Shown: one piece after another, positions 38,274 through 47,791 of the stretch
How the letters are laid out: every line of letters starts with the position of its first letter
How positions within the stretch are numbered: position 1 is the stretch's first letter
Source: Longimicrobiales bacterium
GTDB lineage: Bacteria > Gemmatimonadota > Gemmatimonadetes > Longimicrobiales > Gaopeijiaceae
Reading direction: 5' to 3'
NCBI GenBank assembly: GCA_965202805.1
Contig: OZ241869.1
Location: 2,688,001-2,752,000, forward strand
Length of the DNA: 64,000 bases
Notes under the pieces: generated by a model
What the model was told of the DNA's origin: nothing
What the model saw: the letters and a program-made list of their open reading frames with translations, nothing else
Databases searched by the model: none
Position numbers and translations under genes: made by a program

Positions 38274-41200
38274 CTAGTCGGGCTCTCCAGTGACGAGTCC
38301 GTAGTCCTTCGTCGCCGCCGGTTCCGTAACGTAGCCGTCGAGCAGGTCGTCCCGGATGTGCTCGCGAGAACGGTGCCGCGGGTCGCCGAGGCCGCCTCCT
38401 CCGGGGGTTTCCAATACGATGCGGTGACCGGGCGGCACCACTTCGCGGCCCTTGGCGCGGAGTTCCCCGACCTTCGGCACGTGGACCCGGCCCAGCGCGC
38501 CATCGCCGCCCCCCGCACGTCCCCGGGCAGGGTTGCGGACCCGTTCGAACATCTTGGAGATGGCGAAGGGTTCGCCGGAGGCGTGGGAAATCTCCATGAC
38601 CTGGCCCAGGCCGCCCCGGAACTCGCCGGGCCCTCCGGAGTCGGGGATGTACTCCTTTCTCCAGAAGATGAGCGGAGCCACGGTTTCGGTGATTTCGATG
38701 GGCGTGCTGCGGACGCCGGAGGGAAAGGCGGTGGCCGAGAGCCCGTCCTTGCCCGGGCGGGCGCCCGTGCCCCCGGTGTGGAAGGGATTGACCACGAAGG
38801 GCTCGGAGCCGCCGTACGGGTGGGTGCCGGTCAGGCCCGGGCCGCCCAGCAGCACCGGATTCCAGAGGCAGGAGGCGCCTTCCGCGGGGACGGATCCGGG
38901 TTCCATGGCCTGCTCCAGGCACCCGAGCACCACATCGGGCAGCATCTGGCCGATGGCGTGGCGGGCTGCGACGGCGGCGGGCGGCGGGGCGTTCAGGATG
39001 GACCCGCTTGGGGCGCCGACCGAGATCGTGCTGAGCGACCCCGCATTGTTGGGCACCTCCGAGCCCACCACGCAGCGGACGCCGAAGGAGGCGTAGGCTC
39101 GGGTATAGGTGAGGGGCACGTTGATGCCGCGCGGGGACATGGGCGAGGTGCCGTCGAAGTCGATGCGGATGCCGTCGGGCGAGACGGTCAGGGCACAGGC
39201 GAGGTCGAGGTCGTGGTCGTATCCGTCGATCCTCATGTGATGGCGATAGGTGCCCGGACGCAGGGCGCGGATGCGCGCCAGCATGGCGCGACGGGACGCG
39301 GAAACGACCATCTCCGCAAGCGGATCCAGGGAATCGAGCCCGAACTCGGCCATCATCGCCGCGAGGCGTTCGCAGCCTGTGCGGTTGCAGGCGGCGAGAG
39401 AGTAGAGGTCGCCCTGGGCTACGTCGGGGTCGCGCACGTTGGCGCGGATGAGGCGAATCAGGGTTTCGTCCACGCGACCGGCGCGCATCAGGTATCCGAT
39501 GGGGATGCGCACGCCCTCTTCGAACACCTGGTTGGCGTCGGCTCCGAAGCCGCGTCCGCCCACGTCCGCGATGTGGCTGGTAGCGGCGAAGAGCGCTGCC
39601 GGACGTCCCGAGACGAAGGCCGGGGTCACGACCGTGAAGTCGTTCAGGTGGCCGGTTCCCTCCCAGGGGTCGTTGGTGATGAGGACGTCGCCGTCGACGA
39701 GGGTCGGGACGGGATGGTCGCGCAGGAAGAACCCCACCGATTCCGCCATCGCGTTGACGTGTCCGGGGGTACCGGTGACGGCCTGCGCGAGCATGCGTCC
39801 GGACAGGTCGAAGACACCCGCGGAGAGGTCGCCCGCCTCCCGGACCGGTGTGGAAAAGGCCGTGCGCACCAAGGTGCGGGCCTGCTCCTCGACAACCGAG
39901 AGGAGGCGGCTCCACATGATCTGGTCCTGGAGCAGGGTGAGGGCGGGGCGGGGGGATGTCGGATCGGGACGGCGAGGTTCCCGGATGGGGCGGGTGGATT
40001 CGGGTATGGGATCCACGGGCGTGGGTGCGGGGCACTCGGATGTGGATTGGGGAAGGGCGGAGTCAGGTACCGTTTCTGCGGATTGGCGTCCCGGATCCGT
40101 CGATGCTCCTTCCGGGTTCATGGATGCGCATGCTGCGCGGTCGCTTTCGAATGCCGGGCGGCTGGATGCGAGATTCGGAACCGCGGCCGGGTCGCTGTTT
40201 CTGCGCACCAGCAGGTGCCCGCCGGGGAGCACCACCGCCCCCCACCCCCCCGGGACGACCGTGGTGGTCTGGGTCTCCACGACCAGGGCCGGTCCCTCGA
40301 CCCGCTCCCGCTCCCCCAGCCCACCGCGGGGGTGCACCGCCGCCGCGACCGGTCCACCCTCCGCCCCGTCGACCAGTTCGGACCGGCGGACGGGCGGTGG
40401 TGCGCCCGGGGTGGGCGGGCCCCCGGACGGGCCTGGTTCGGGCGGGCCGGCGGACAGGTGTGGCTCGGATGAGTAGCCTCCCACCGCCGCGTCCCCACCG
40501 GTCAGCCGCGCCGACCCGGAAGCCCCGTCCCCCGGTTCCCGCACCTGCATCTTCCCGCCCGTGACCGTCCCGGCCGACCCGTCCCCGCGAGGCGCCGACC
40601 GTCCACCCGCGTGAGCCCCGTCACCGCCCCGGCCCCCATCCCCACCCGTCGCCGACTCCAGCCCACTCGCCGCCGCATCCGCCGTCACCACCAGCGTCCA
40701 GCTCAGCACCTCCACGTCCAGCCCCGGGATGACGCGACCGTATACGGCCCGGTAGGCATGGTCGAAGGCGCCTCGCAGGACGTCCACGGAACCGTCGCCC
40801 GCCGCAGAACCGTCGCCCGCCACAAAGCCCGTGTCCGCCACCACCTCCCGGGGCACCTCCACCCCGATCTCGTGGCCCTGCCCCACGTAGCGCATGTAGG
40901 CCCGCACCCGCTCGGTGGTCGCGGCGCCGGGAGCCCCCCGAGCGACCACCTCGGTCGCCTCCTCCCGCATCTCCTGCATGACGTCCCGGACCACCCTGGC
41001 TTCGAACGCCGACAGGCGCATGTAGCGGCTGCGCACCACCTCGTATGAAATCGGCGCCAGCAGGAAGCCCACGGCCGAACCCACACCGGCGTCGGCCGGG
41101 ACCAGAAAGCGGTGGAGTTCGAGCTTGTCCGCCAGGCGGGCCGCGTGGATGGGCGCCGAACCTCCGAACGCCACCAGCGTCCGGCCGGCCAGTCCCTTCC

Positions 41201-42563
41201 CCCACTCGATCGCGTGCGTTCGCGCGGCGTTGGACATGTTCTCGTCCACCATCTCGCTGATCCCGAGGGCGGCATCCGTCTCATCCATCCCGAGTTTCGC
41301 CCCCGGCCCGTTGCGAATGGCCGCCGCCGCCCGCTCGCGCTCCAGACGGATCGCGCCCCCCGCGAAGAAGGCCGGATCGATGCGGCCCAGCACCACATCC
41401 GCGTCGGTGACGGTGGGATCGGTCCCGCCCCGGCAGTACGCCGCCGGCCCCGGTTCCGACCCGGCGCTGGCCGGCCCCACCTCGATGCGGTCGAGGTCGT
41501 CCACCGCCGCAATGGACCCGCCGCCCGCCCCGATCTCGACCATTTCGATCACCGGGATGCGTACCGGCAGCCCGCTCCCCTTCCTGAAGCGGTAGCTGCG
41601 GGCCACCTCGAAGGCGCGCGACTGCAGCGGCCGGCCCCCGTCGATCACGCACAGCTTCGCAGTCGTGCCCCCCATGTCGAAGGAGAGCACGTCGCCCAGT
41701 TCCAGCCGCCGCGCCAGGTGGCTCGCCAGAATCGCACCGCCCGCGGGACCGGATTCCACCAGCCGCACGGGCGCCGCCATGGCGGTTTCGAGCGTCGTGA
41801 GCCCTCCCCCGGAGGTCATGAGCAGGAAGGGACAGTCGAGCCCCGAGGCCGCGAGCGACTCCGCCAGCCCCTTCAGGTACCGGGACATCAGCGGCTGGAC
41901 ATACGCGTTGGCGCACGCGGTCGAGAGCCGTTCGTACTCGCGCACTTCCGGGCACACCTCCGAGGCCAGTGTTACCGCAAGCGCCGGGCGCTCCGATGCG
42001 AGGATCGCGCCGATGCGCCGTTCGTGGTCCGGGTTGGCGTAGCCGTGGATCAGCCCCACGGCCACGGACTCGACCCCGTGTTCGTCCAGCACCGGCAGCA
42101 GCGCGCGCACCGACTCTTCGTCCATCGGCACCAGCACGCGCCCGTGACGATCCACGCGCTCGCGCACAGGCAGACGCAGGCGGCGCGGCACCAGGGGCGC
42201 GGGCCGGTCGATGCCGATGTCGTACTGCTCGAAGCGGTTCTCCCGCGCCATCTCCAGGGCGTCGCGATGTCCCGATGTGACGATCAGGGCCGTGTGCGCC
42301 CCCCGACGCTCGATGATGGCGTTGGTCGCCAGCGTGGTCCCGTGGATGACCAGCCGTACGCCCGAAGGCGCCACCCCGGCGATCTCCAGTACCCTGCGCA
42401 CCCCGGCCAGCACCCCCTGCTCGGGCGCCGCGGGAGTGGTGAGCACCTTGGTGGTGACGGGGGGCCCGCCGGCCTCCAGCGCGACATCGGTGAAGGTCCC
42501 GCCGATGTCGATCGCCAGCCGCGCCCCGGGCGCCTCCATGCCCTGCCGGGAACCCTCAGCCAT
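38274..42563 (-). CDS. Fused hydantoinase A/B (5-oxoprolinase-like)
   Basis: DIGGTFTD, HGTTLATN, SGPAGG and DMGGTT (A part); NDPWEGTGHLND, HIADVGG and ETPGGGGLG (B part) in one frame. Confidence 0.93.
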   Translation of the reverse strand: MAEGSRQGMEAPGARLAIDIGGTFTDVALEAGGPPVTTKVLTTPAAPEQGVLAGVRRVLEIAGVAPSGVRLVIHGTTLATNAIIERRGAHTALIVTSGHRDALEMARENRFEQYDIGIDRPAPLVPRRLRLPVRERVDRHGRVLVPMDEESVRALLPVLDEHGVESVAVGLIHGYANPDHERRIGAILASERPALAVTLASEVCPEVREYERLSTACANAYVQPLMSRYLKGLAESLAASGLDCPFLLMTSGGGLTTLETAMAAPVRLVESGPAGGAILASHLARRLELGDVLSFDMGGTTAKLCVIDGGRPLQSRAFEVARSYRFRKGSGLPVRIPVIEMVEIGAGGGSIAAVDDLDRIEVGPASAGSEPGPAAYCRGGTDPTVTDADVVLGRIDPAFFAGGAIRLERERAAAAIRNGPGAKLGMDETDAALGISEMVDENMSNAARTHAIEWGKGLAGRTLVAFGGSAPIHAARLADKLELHRFLVPADAGVGSAVGFLLAPISYEVVRSRYMRLSAFEARVVRDVMQEMREEATEVVARGAPGAATTERVRAYMRYVGQGHEIGVEVPREVVADTGFVAGDGSAAGDGSVDVLRGAFDHAYRAVYGRVIPGLDVEVLSWTLVVTADAAASGLESATGGDGGRGGDGAHAGGRSAPRGDGSAGTVTGGKMQVREPGDGASGSARLTGGDAAVGGYSSEPHLSAGPPEPGPSGGPPTPGAPPPVRRSELVDGAEGGPVAAAVHPRGGLGERERVEGPALVVETQTTTVVPGGWGAVVLPGGHLLVRRNSDPAAVPNLASSRPAFESDRAACASMNPEGASTDPGRQSAETVPDSALPQSTSECPAPTPVDPIPESTRPIREPRRPDPTSPRPALTLLQDQIMWSRLLSVVEEQARTLVRTAFSTPVREAGDLSAGVFDLSGRMLAQAVTGTPGHVNAMAESVGFFLRDHPVPTLVDGDVLITNDPWEGTGHLNDFTVVTPAFVSGRPAALFAATSHIADVGGRGFGADANQVFEEGVRIPIGYLMRAGRVDETLIRLIRANVRDPDVAQGDLYSLAACNRTGCERLAAMMAEFGLDSLDPLAEMVVSASRRAMLARIRALRPGTYRHHMRIDGYDHDLDLACALTVSPDGIRIDFDGTSPMSPRGINVPLTYTRAYASFGVRCVVGSEVPNNAGSLSTISVGAPSGSILNAPPPAAVAARHAIGQMLPDVVLGCLEQAMEPGSVPAEGASCLWNPVLLGGPGLTGTHPYGGSEPFVVNPFHTGGTGARPGKDGLSATAFPSGVRSTPIEITETVAPLIFWRKEYIPDSGGPGEFRGGLGQVMEISHASGEPFAISKMFERVRNPARGRAGGGDGALGRVHVPKVGELRAKGREVVPPGHRIVLETPGGGGLGDPRHRSREHIRDDLLDGYVTEPAATKDYGLVTGEPD

Positions 42564-43344
42564 CCTCGCGCAGCGGAACCGTGTAGTTGAGCGCCAGCCG
42601 CCCACCGTCCGGATAGATGGTCTCGCCGGTGAGGTAGGACGCGTAGTCGCTGGCCAGGAAGACCGCCACGCCCGCAACCTCCTCGGGCTCTCCTACCCGC
42701 CCCATCGGCGTCCGCGACAGAATCGTGCGCCGGGCCTCTTCGTCGGCCATCACCTCGTCCAGCAGTTTCGTGGCGATGGAACCCGGCCCGATCGCGTTGA
42801 CCCGGATGTCGTGCGGCGCGAGCGCCATCGCCATCACCCTGGTGAGTTGCGCCACCCCGCCCTTGGAGACCGCGTAGGCGAGCTGGTTCGGAATCGTCAC
42901 GACCGCGTTGGTGGACGACATGTTGACGATGGACCCCTTCACGCCCCGCTCCACCATGTGACGAGCCGCGAGCCGCGACATCAGATAGGTACCCCGCAGG
43001 TTCACCGAGAGCACGCGATCGAAGTCCTCGACGGCGCCGTCCAGAATCGATCCCGGCACGATGATGCCCGCGTTGTTCAGAAGGATGTCGCAGGCGCCGA
43101 AATGCTCCGTGCAGGCGTCGAGCAACCCGGCACAATCCTCCTCCAGGCTCACGTCCGCCCGAATCGACACGGCGGACGCCCGCGTCTCGTCGCGAATGCG
43201 GCGCGCGGTTTCGGCGCAGTCCTCCTCCAGCACGTCCCCCAGCACCACGTTCGCCCCATGACGCGCGAACGCCAGCGCGCACGCGGCCCCGATGCCTCTC
43301 GCCGCTCCCGTGACGATCGCGTTCCTGCCCTCGAGTGAGATCAC
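42556..43344 (-). CDS. SDR family oxidoreductase
   Basis: TGAARGIG, NNAG, YAVSK, DGG. Confidence 0.93.
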   Translation of the reverse strand: MISLEGRNAIVTGAARGIGAACALAFARHGANVVLGDVLEEDCAETARRIRDETRASAVSIRADVSLEEDCAGLLDACTEHFGACDILLNNAGIIVPGSILDGAVEDFDRVLSVNLRGTYLMSRLAARHMVERGVKGSIVNMSSTNAVVTIPNQLAYAVSKGGVAQLTRVMAMALAPHDIRVNAIGPGSIATKLLDEVMADEEARRTILSRTPMGRVGEPEEVAGVAVFLASDYASYLTGETIYPDGGRLALNYTVPLREDG

Positions 43345-43549
43345 TTCGCCGGCCCCTCTGAAGGTGTACGTCCGATGGGCGCCACTGGCGTTGCCGCACC
43401 GCTGGTCCGCCCCAAGCTCACATCTTTCGCGGCTTGGGGCGAGAGATGGAGGTGTTGATTTTTCAGCATCCATGTCCCATGGTGTCCCTGTCGGCGGTCC
43501 CGGCCAACCGGCGGGAGCCGATTTGCGGTGAAAGACCCCTCCTGGATCA

Positions 43550-43644
43550 CGAGGAACGACCCACTGGGCACCCCGAGGGACGGCCACTGGGCATCGCGAG
43601 CAACGATCCATCCGGCATCAGAGAAAACAACCCACCCGGAGCGC
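43550..43644. repeat. Degenerate 23-24 bp tandem repeat (about 4 copies)
   Basis: CGAGGAACGACCCACTGGGCACCC / CGAGGGACGGCCACTGGGCATCG / CGAGCAACGATCCATCCGGCATC / AGAGAAAACAACCCACCCGGAGCG. Confidence 0.6.
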
Positions 43645-43649
43645 GAGAC

Positions 43650-43922
43650 ACGGATTCGGCCGTCCGCTCGATCCTGCGCATCCTGATCAACAAGGGACAC
43701 CTGACCCGGGAGCTGGACGGTCCCCGTTACGTCTACTCGCCGACCACGCCGGCCCCGCGCGCGAGCCGCTCCGCCATGCGTCACGTCCTGTCGACGTTCT
43801 TCGGCGGCTCCGTCGAAGGCGCGGTCGCCACGCTCCTGAAGCTCCGGGAAGGCGATCTGACGCCGGCCGAGCGAGCACGCATCAAGGCGATGATCGATGA
43901 AGCGGCGGAGGAAGGACGGTGA
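43650..43922 (+). pseudogene. 5'-truncated BlaI/MecI/CopY repressor
   Basis: SAVRSILRILINKGHL...DGPRYVYSP...VLSTFFGGS; the usual N-terminal LSRRExxIM helices are absent; GTGA-coupled to the M56 gene. Confidence 0.75.
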
Positions 43923-46183
43923 GCGGGCTGGGCGTCGTCGCCGCAGGTGTCTCGGGGACGGGTATGGTGGGGCTGGTTGCGAAGGCCACGCTGGTGCTCT
44001 GTCTGGCGCTGGGCCTGGCATGGTTGGCACGCCGGGAATCGGCGAGAACCCTGCACCTGCTCTGGACGACGGCGTTCGTGTTTCTGCTGGCGTTGCCGGT
44101 GGTGAGCCTGCTGGGCCCGTCGTGGAGGGTGCCGATCCTGCCGGGCCGGGACGTCGAGACCGGCGGCGCATCCCTCGTGATGGCGGCCGAAGAGGCATCG
44201 GCTCAGGGAACTGCGCGCGAGACATCCGGCTCAACCATTCCATCGGGGTCCCCGCGGCGGATGGAAGGCTCCATGGCCTCATCCGGCTCCGGCACGGCGG
44301 CGGCGAGCCCGTCCCAACCCGGAGCAGGCGATGAACCCGCCCCGCTGACCCCCGCCGGCGTCGCGTTCCTGATCTGGGCTCTGGGCTGTGGCGCCGCCCT
44401 GACCTCGCTGGGCGTCGGGAGCCTCCGCTTCCGGAAGCTGGTCCGCGAGGCGGCCCCGGTGCGGGACCCGGCGTGGCGACGGCAGACCGACGCAATTCGA
44501 CGGCGCCTGCGGGTGCGGAGGCAGGTCCGGATCCTGATGAGCCCGAAGGTGCCCACGCCGATGGCGGGTGGTCCCTGGAGGCCGGTGATCCTGCTGCCGT
44601 CGGTCGCGGAAGCGTGGTCGCCGGGGCGACGGGCGGTGGTCCTGGCCCACGAGCTGATCCATGTCCGGCGCCGCGACACACTACGGCAGGTCGTCGGCCG
44701 ATGCGTAGTGGCGCTCTACTGGTTCCACCCCCTCAGCTGGCCGGCGTGGCGGGCCGCGACCATCGCCGCCGAGCGATCGTGCGACGAGGAGGTGCTGGAA
44801 CTCGGCACGCGCCCCTCGGAATACGCCCGGCACCTGTTTTCGCTCGCGGCGGGGCCGACGGGCGGTCGCGCCTTACTGGCCCTCCCAATGGTGCAGCGCT
44901 CGCACCTGGAGAACCGAATCATGTCCATCCTGAAGCGACATCGTCCCCGCTATTCGCTCGCCCGCACCATCGCCGCGCTGGTGGGAATCGGAGTTGTGGG
45001 CACGCTCATCGCCTGCGCCAATCCAGTGCCCAGGGATCCGGACCCGCAGCCCGCTCCTCAGGTGGAGGCGACGGTAACTCCAAGTGTCGAACCAGCGGCC
45101 GATCGGATGGCGACGCCGGAAGCCATCGGCCTGCGGGCGCTCGACTGCAGTCTCTGGAGCGTGAGCATGACTCTTCGAGATGATGAGTTGACGACCGTCC
45201 AGACAACCGTGGACGGGATGCAGCTATGCATGCGAAGCCGTGGCGACGTCGTCATGACCGAGGACGGTACCGCCCTTGAGAGCATGGATGCCGAAAGCTG
45301 GCTTGTCTTGCAGTCCAGGGCCGAGGAGTTGCACCGGATGGTCATCACATCGGGGCCCGATGGCATCGAGTACGACTGGAGCATTGATGGGCGTTCCCAA
45401 CCGTTTGACGCCGAGGCCCGGGAATGGCGCGACCTGATGTTGATCGTGTTGGCACGCTCCGGTGAGGCGACGCAGATTCGCGGCAGGGAAGCCGGCCTCC
45501 GCGGACAGATCGCGAGCCACAGGGGATGGGTCGCAACCTGGCAGGGACGGATCGCATCTCACCGATGGCACGTTGCGACCTTGCAGAGTCAGATCGCTTC
45601 CTTCAGGGCCAACGTCGCCGGGCTGCACGCGCAGATGGCCTCTGTCCGGGCACGCGCGTTCCGCATGCAAGGGCCATTGGGAGCCGTCTGGCAAGCCCGC
45701 GAACGAATCCACATGAACAGGGTCAACCGTCTGCGTGCCACCCGGTCCCCGGTTCCCGACTCGATCGGAGAGCCTCCCGATTCCATCGGAGCAATCGAGG
45801 CAGCCACCGAGGCTCTGGACGCTGCACGCGCAACTCTGGAGGACGACCTTCGCCGGGCCGGGCGCGATCTGAACGCAACGCGGGCCGAACTGGCAGCGAA
45901 GACCGAGGTCTCGGACCTGGATGCCAGCCTTCAGGAGCTCCGTCAGGCGATTGAGGACTACGACCTCGACGGCAGGATCGCCGAGATCGAAGCGGAGATC
46001 GAGGACTACGACCTCGACGGGAAGGTGCGGGAGATCGAGGCGCAGATCGAGGAATACGACCTGGCCGGCAAGGTCCGCGAAATCGAGGCGCAGATCGAGG
46101 AACTCGACGCCGACCGCCGCGCCGACGAAATCGAGCGCTCGATCCAGGATGAAATCGCCGCGCTTCGCCGCCTGATCCGGTAG
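43919..46183 (+). CDS. BlaR1-like M56 peptidase with coiled-coil repeat C-terminus
   Basis: TM helices, HELIHVRRRD, YWFHPL, ERSCDE; 14-aa and 16-aa repeats at the C-terminus. Confidence 0.9.
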   Translation: MSGLGVVAAGVSGTGMVGLVAKATLVLCLALGLAWLARRESARTLHLLWTTAFVFLLALPVVSLLGPSWRVPILPGRDVETGGASLVMAAEEASAQGTARETSGSTIPSGSPRRMEGSMASSGSGTAAASPSQPGAGDEPAPLTPAGVAFLIWALGCGAALTSLGVGSLRFRKLVREAAPVRDPAWRRQTDAIRRRLRVRRQVRILMSPKVPTPMAGGPWRPVILLPSVAEAWSPGRRAVVLAHELIHVRRRDTLRQVVGRCVVALYWFHPLSWPAWRAATIAAERSCDEEVLELGTRPSEYARHLFSLAAGPTGGRALLALPMVQRSHLENRIMSILKRHRPRYSLARTIAALVGIGVVGTLIACANPVPRDPDPQPAPQVEATVTPSVEPAADRMATPEAIGLRALDCSLWSVSMTLRDDELTTVQTTVDGMQLCMRSRGDVVMTEDGTALESMDAESWLVLQSRAEELHRMVITSGPDGIEYDWSIDGRSQPFDAEAREWRDLMLIVLARSGEATQIRGREAGLRGQIASHRGWVATWQGRIASHRWHVATLQSQIASFRANVAGLHAQMASVRARAFRMQGPLGAVWQARERIHMNRVNRLRATRSPVPDSIGEPPDSIGAIEAATEALDAARATLEDDLRRAGRDLNATRAELAAKTEVSDLDASLQELRQAIEDYDLDGRIAEIEAEIEDYDLDGKVREIEAQIEEYDLAGKVREIEAQIEELDADRRADEIERSIQDEIAALRRLIR
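45950..46141 (+). repeat. 48-bp in-frame tandem repeat x4
   Basis: IEDYDLDGRIAEIEAE / IEDYDLDGKVREIEAQ / IEEYDLAGKVREIEAQ / IEELDADRRADEIERS. Confidence 0.9.
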
Positions 46184-46315
46184 TCTTGATCGTCGTCGTT
46201 TTGTCGTCATATTCGCCCTGAATGACGCACATCGTGTCACGTGCCGTTCAGCACGAATGCGGGCGCACGCTCCTTGATGAGGGACGTGCGCGGCCGAATG
46301 ACGGGAAGAGGACAG

Positions 46316-47545
46316 ATGCGAAATACACGGTACCTGCCGGTGCTCTGGGTGATGCTCGTGGTCGCCGCGGGCTGCCGCGACGCCGTTGCACCGCCGGACG
46401 AACCCGAGCTCATTACGATCGCGGCGACGGTCTCCGAGACCGGGATCCGCACCCAGTCCGCCGGAGAGATGGGGCGGGGCTACCGGCTGGCCGTGGAGAT
46501 GCTGAACGAGATGGGCGGCATCGGCGACAAGGAGGTGCGCCTGGTGACCCGCGACGACGGGAGCGACCCGGCGACCGCGGCCCGCCTGTACGAGGAGTTT
46601 ATCGCGACCGACTCCATCGACGTGCTGCTGGGTCCCTTCAGCACCCCGATCACCGAGGCCGTGCTGGCGGTGACCGAGGCTGCCGGCCGGCCGCTCATCG
46701 CCCCGCTGGCGTCGGCCCCCGGGGTGTGGTCCGACCGCGGGCGCCGCTGGAGCGTGCAGATGCTCGACCCGGGGCCGGCCCGCCTGAGGGGCGCGGTCGA
46801 GGTGGCCGCGAGCCATGGCGCCCGCACGGTGGCGCTGATCTACGAGGACAGCGCGTTTCCCGCCTCGCTGGCGGAGGGCGTCAGGGAAGCGGCGGGAACC
46901 CACGGGCTGATCACCGCGCTGGATCGCTCCTACCCCGTCGGCGGAGCGGACCACGCGGGGCTCGTGGCGGCCGCGCGCGGCGCCGGGGCCGACCTCTTCA
47001 TCGGCGGAGGCTACTACGACGACGCGGTCGCCTTCACGCGGGCACTGGCGGCGGCGGACTACGCCCCGCTCATGGTGAATCTTGCCCTTGGCCCGGCCGA
47101 CCCGAGGTTCCCGCAGGATGTCGGCGATCTGGCTCGCTGCATGACCGCTGCCGCGTCGTGGATCCCCTCGGTGCGCACCTCGGGGCACATCGCCGACAGC
47201 GAGACCTTCGTTCAGCGCTACCGGCAGGCGCACGGATCGGACCCGGGCTATCACGCGGCCGGCGGATTCGGAGCCGTGGAGCTCCTGGCCGAGGCCATCG
47301 AGGCCACGCCGACGGCAACGGGAGAACTCGATGCGGCCGCGGTCCGGGACTACCTGTTCTCGGCGTCCACCGAGACCGTGCTCGGCCCCTACCGCGTCTA
47401 CTCCCTGGGCACCAACGAGGCCGGCGGGCAACGCGCCCTGACGGCGCTCCAGGTGCAGTGGCAGGACGATGGTTCGGGAGGGCTGGTCCAGCGCATCATC
47501 CATCCGGAGGCCGCGGCCGACGCCGAACCGTGCTTCCTCAGGTAG
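46316..47545 (+). CDS. Branched-chain amino acid ABC-type substrate-binding lipoprotein (orphan)
   Basis: Lipobox AAGC; GYRLAVEMLNEMGG...RDDGSDP...LLGPFST. Confidence 0.88.
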   Translation: MRNTRYLPVLWVMLVVAAGCRDAVAPPDEPELITIAATVSETGIRTQSAGEMGRGYRLAVEMLNEMGGIGDKEVRLVTRDDGSDPATAARLYEEFIATDSIDVLLGPFSTPITEAVLAVTEAAGRPLIAPLASAPGVWSDRGRRWSVQMLDPGPARLRGAVEVAASHGARTVALIYEDSAFPASLAEGVREAAGTHGLITALDRSYPVGGADHAGLVAAARGAGADLFIGGGYYDDAVAFTRALAAADYAPLMVNLALGPADPRFPQDVGDLARCMTAAASWIPSVRTSGHIADSETFVQRYRQAHGSDPGYHAAGGFGAVELLAEAIEATPTATGELDAAAVRDYLFSASTETVLGPYRVYSLGTNEAGGQRALTALQVQWQDDGSGGLVQRIIHPEAAADAEPCFLR

Positions 47546-47705
47546 GGTGGAGGGTTGGCTGTCGCTTATGCCCGGCCCCTCCAGCGGGCGAGGGCCCAGG
47601 CGTGCGCCGCGCCAAACCCTTGACCCCCCTCTCCCCGTACACGTCCTTATCGTGATGCCGGCATCCGGCATCGCACCTCGACAACCGAACAAGGACGGCC
47701 CTGCC

Positions 47706-47768
47706 ATGATGCGGATTCTCAGGTACGTCTTGCGCCTCGTCCTGGACTGGCTGCGCAAGAAGATCTAG
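47706..47768 (+). CDS. Putative 20-aa cationic amphipathic micropeptide
   Basis: MMRILRYVLRLVLDWLRKKI*; AAGGA upstream; nearly all codons end in G/C. Confidence 0.55.
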   Translation: MMRILRYVLRLVLDWLRKKI

Positions 47769-47791
47769 CACGGGAGCCGAATACCGAACCA

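Noticed and set aside
46240..46310. Riboswitch or hammerhead upstream of the binding-protein gene
   Set aside because: There is a hairpin (GCGCACG...CGTGCGC) with TGATGA, but the CUGAUGA/GAAA core and known riboswitch motifs are not met.
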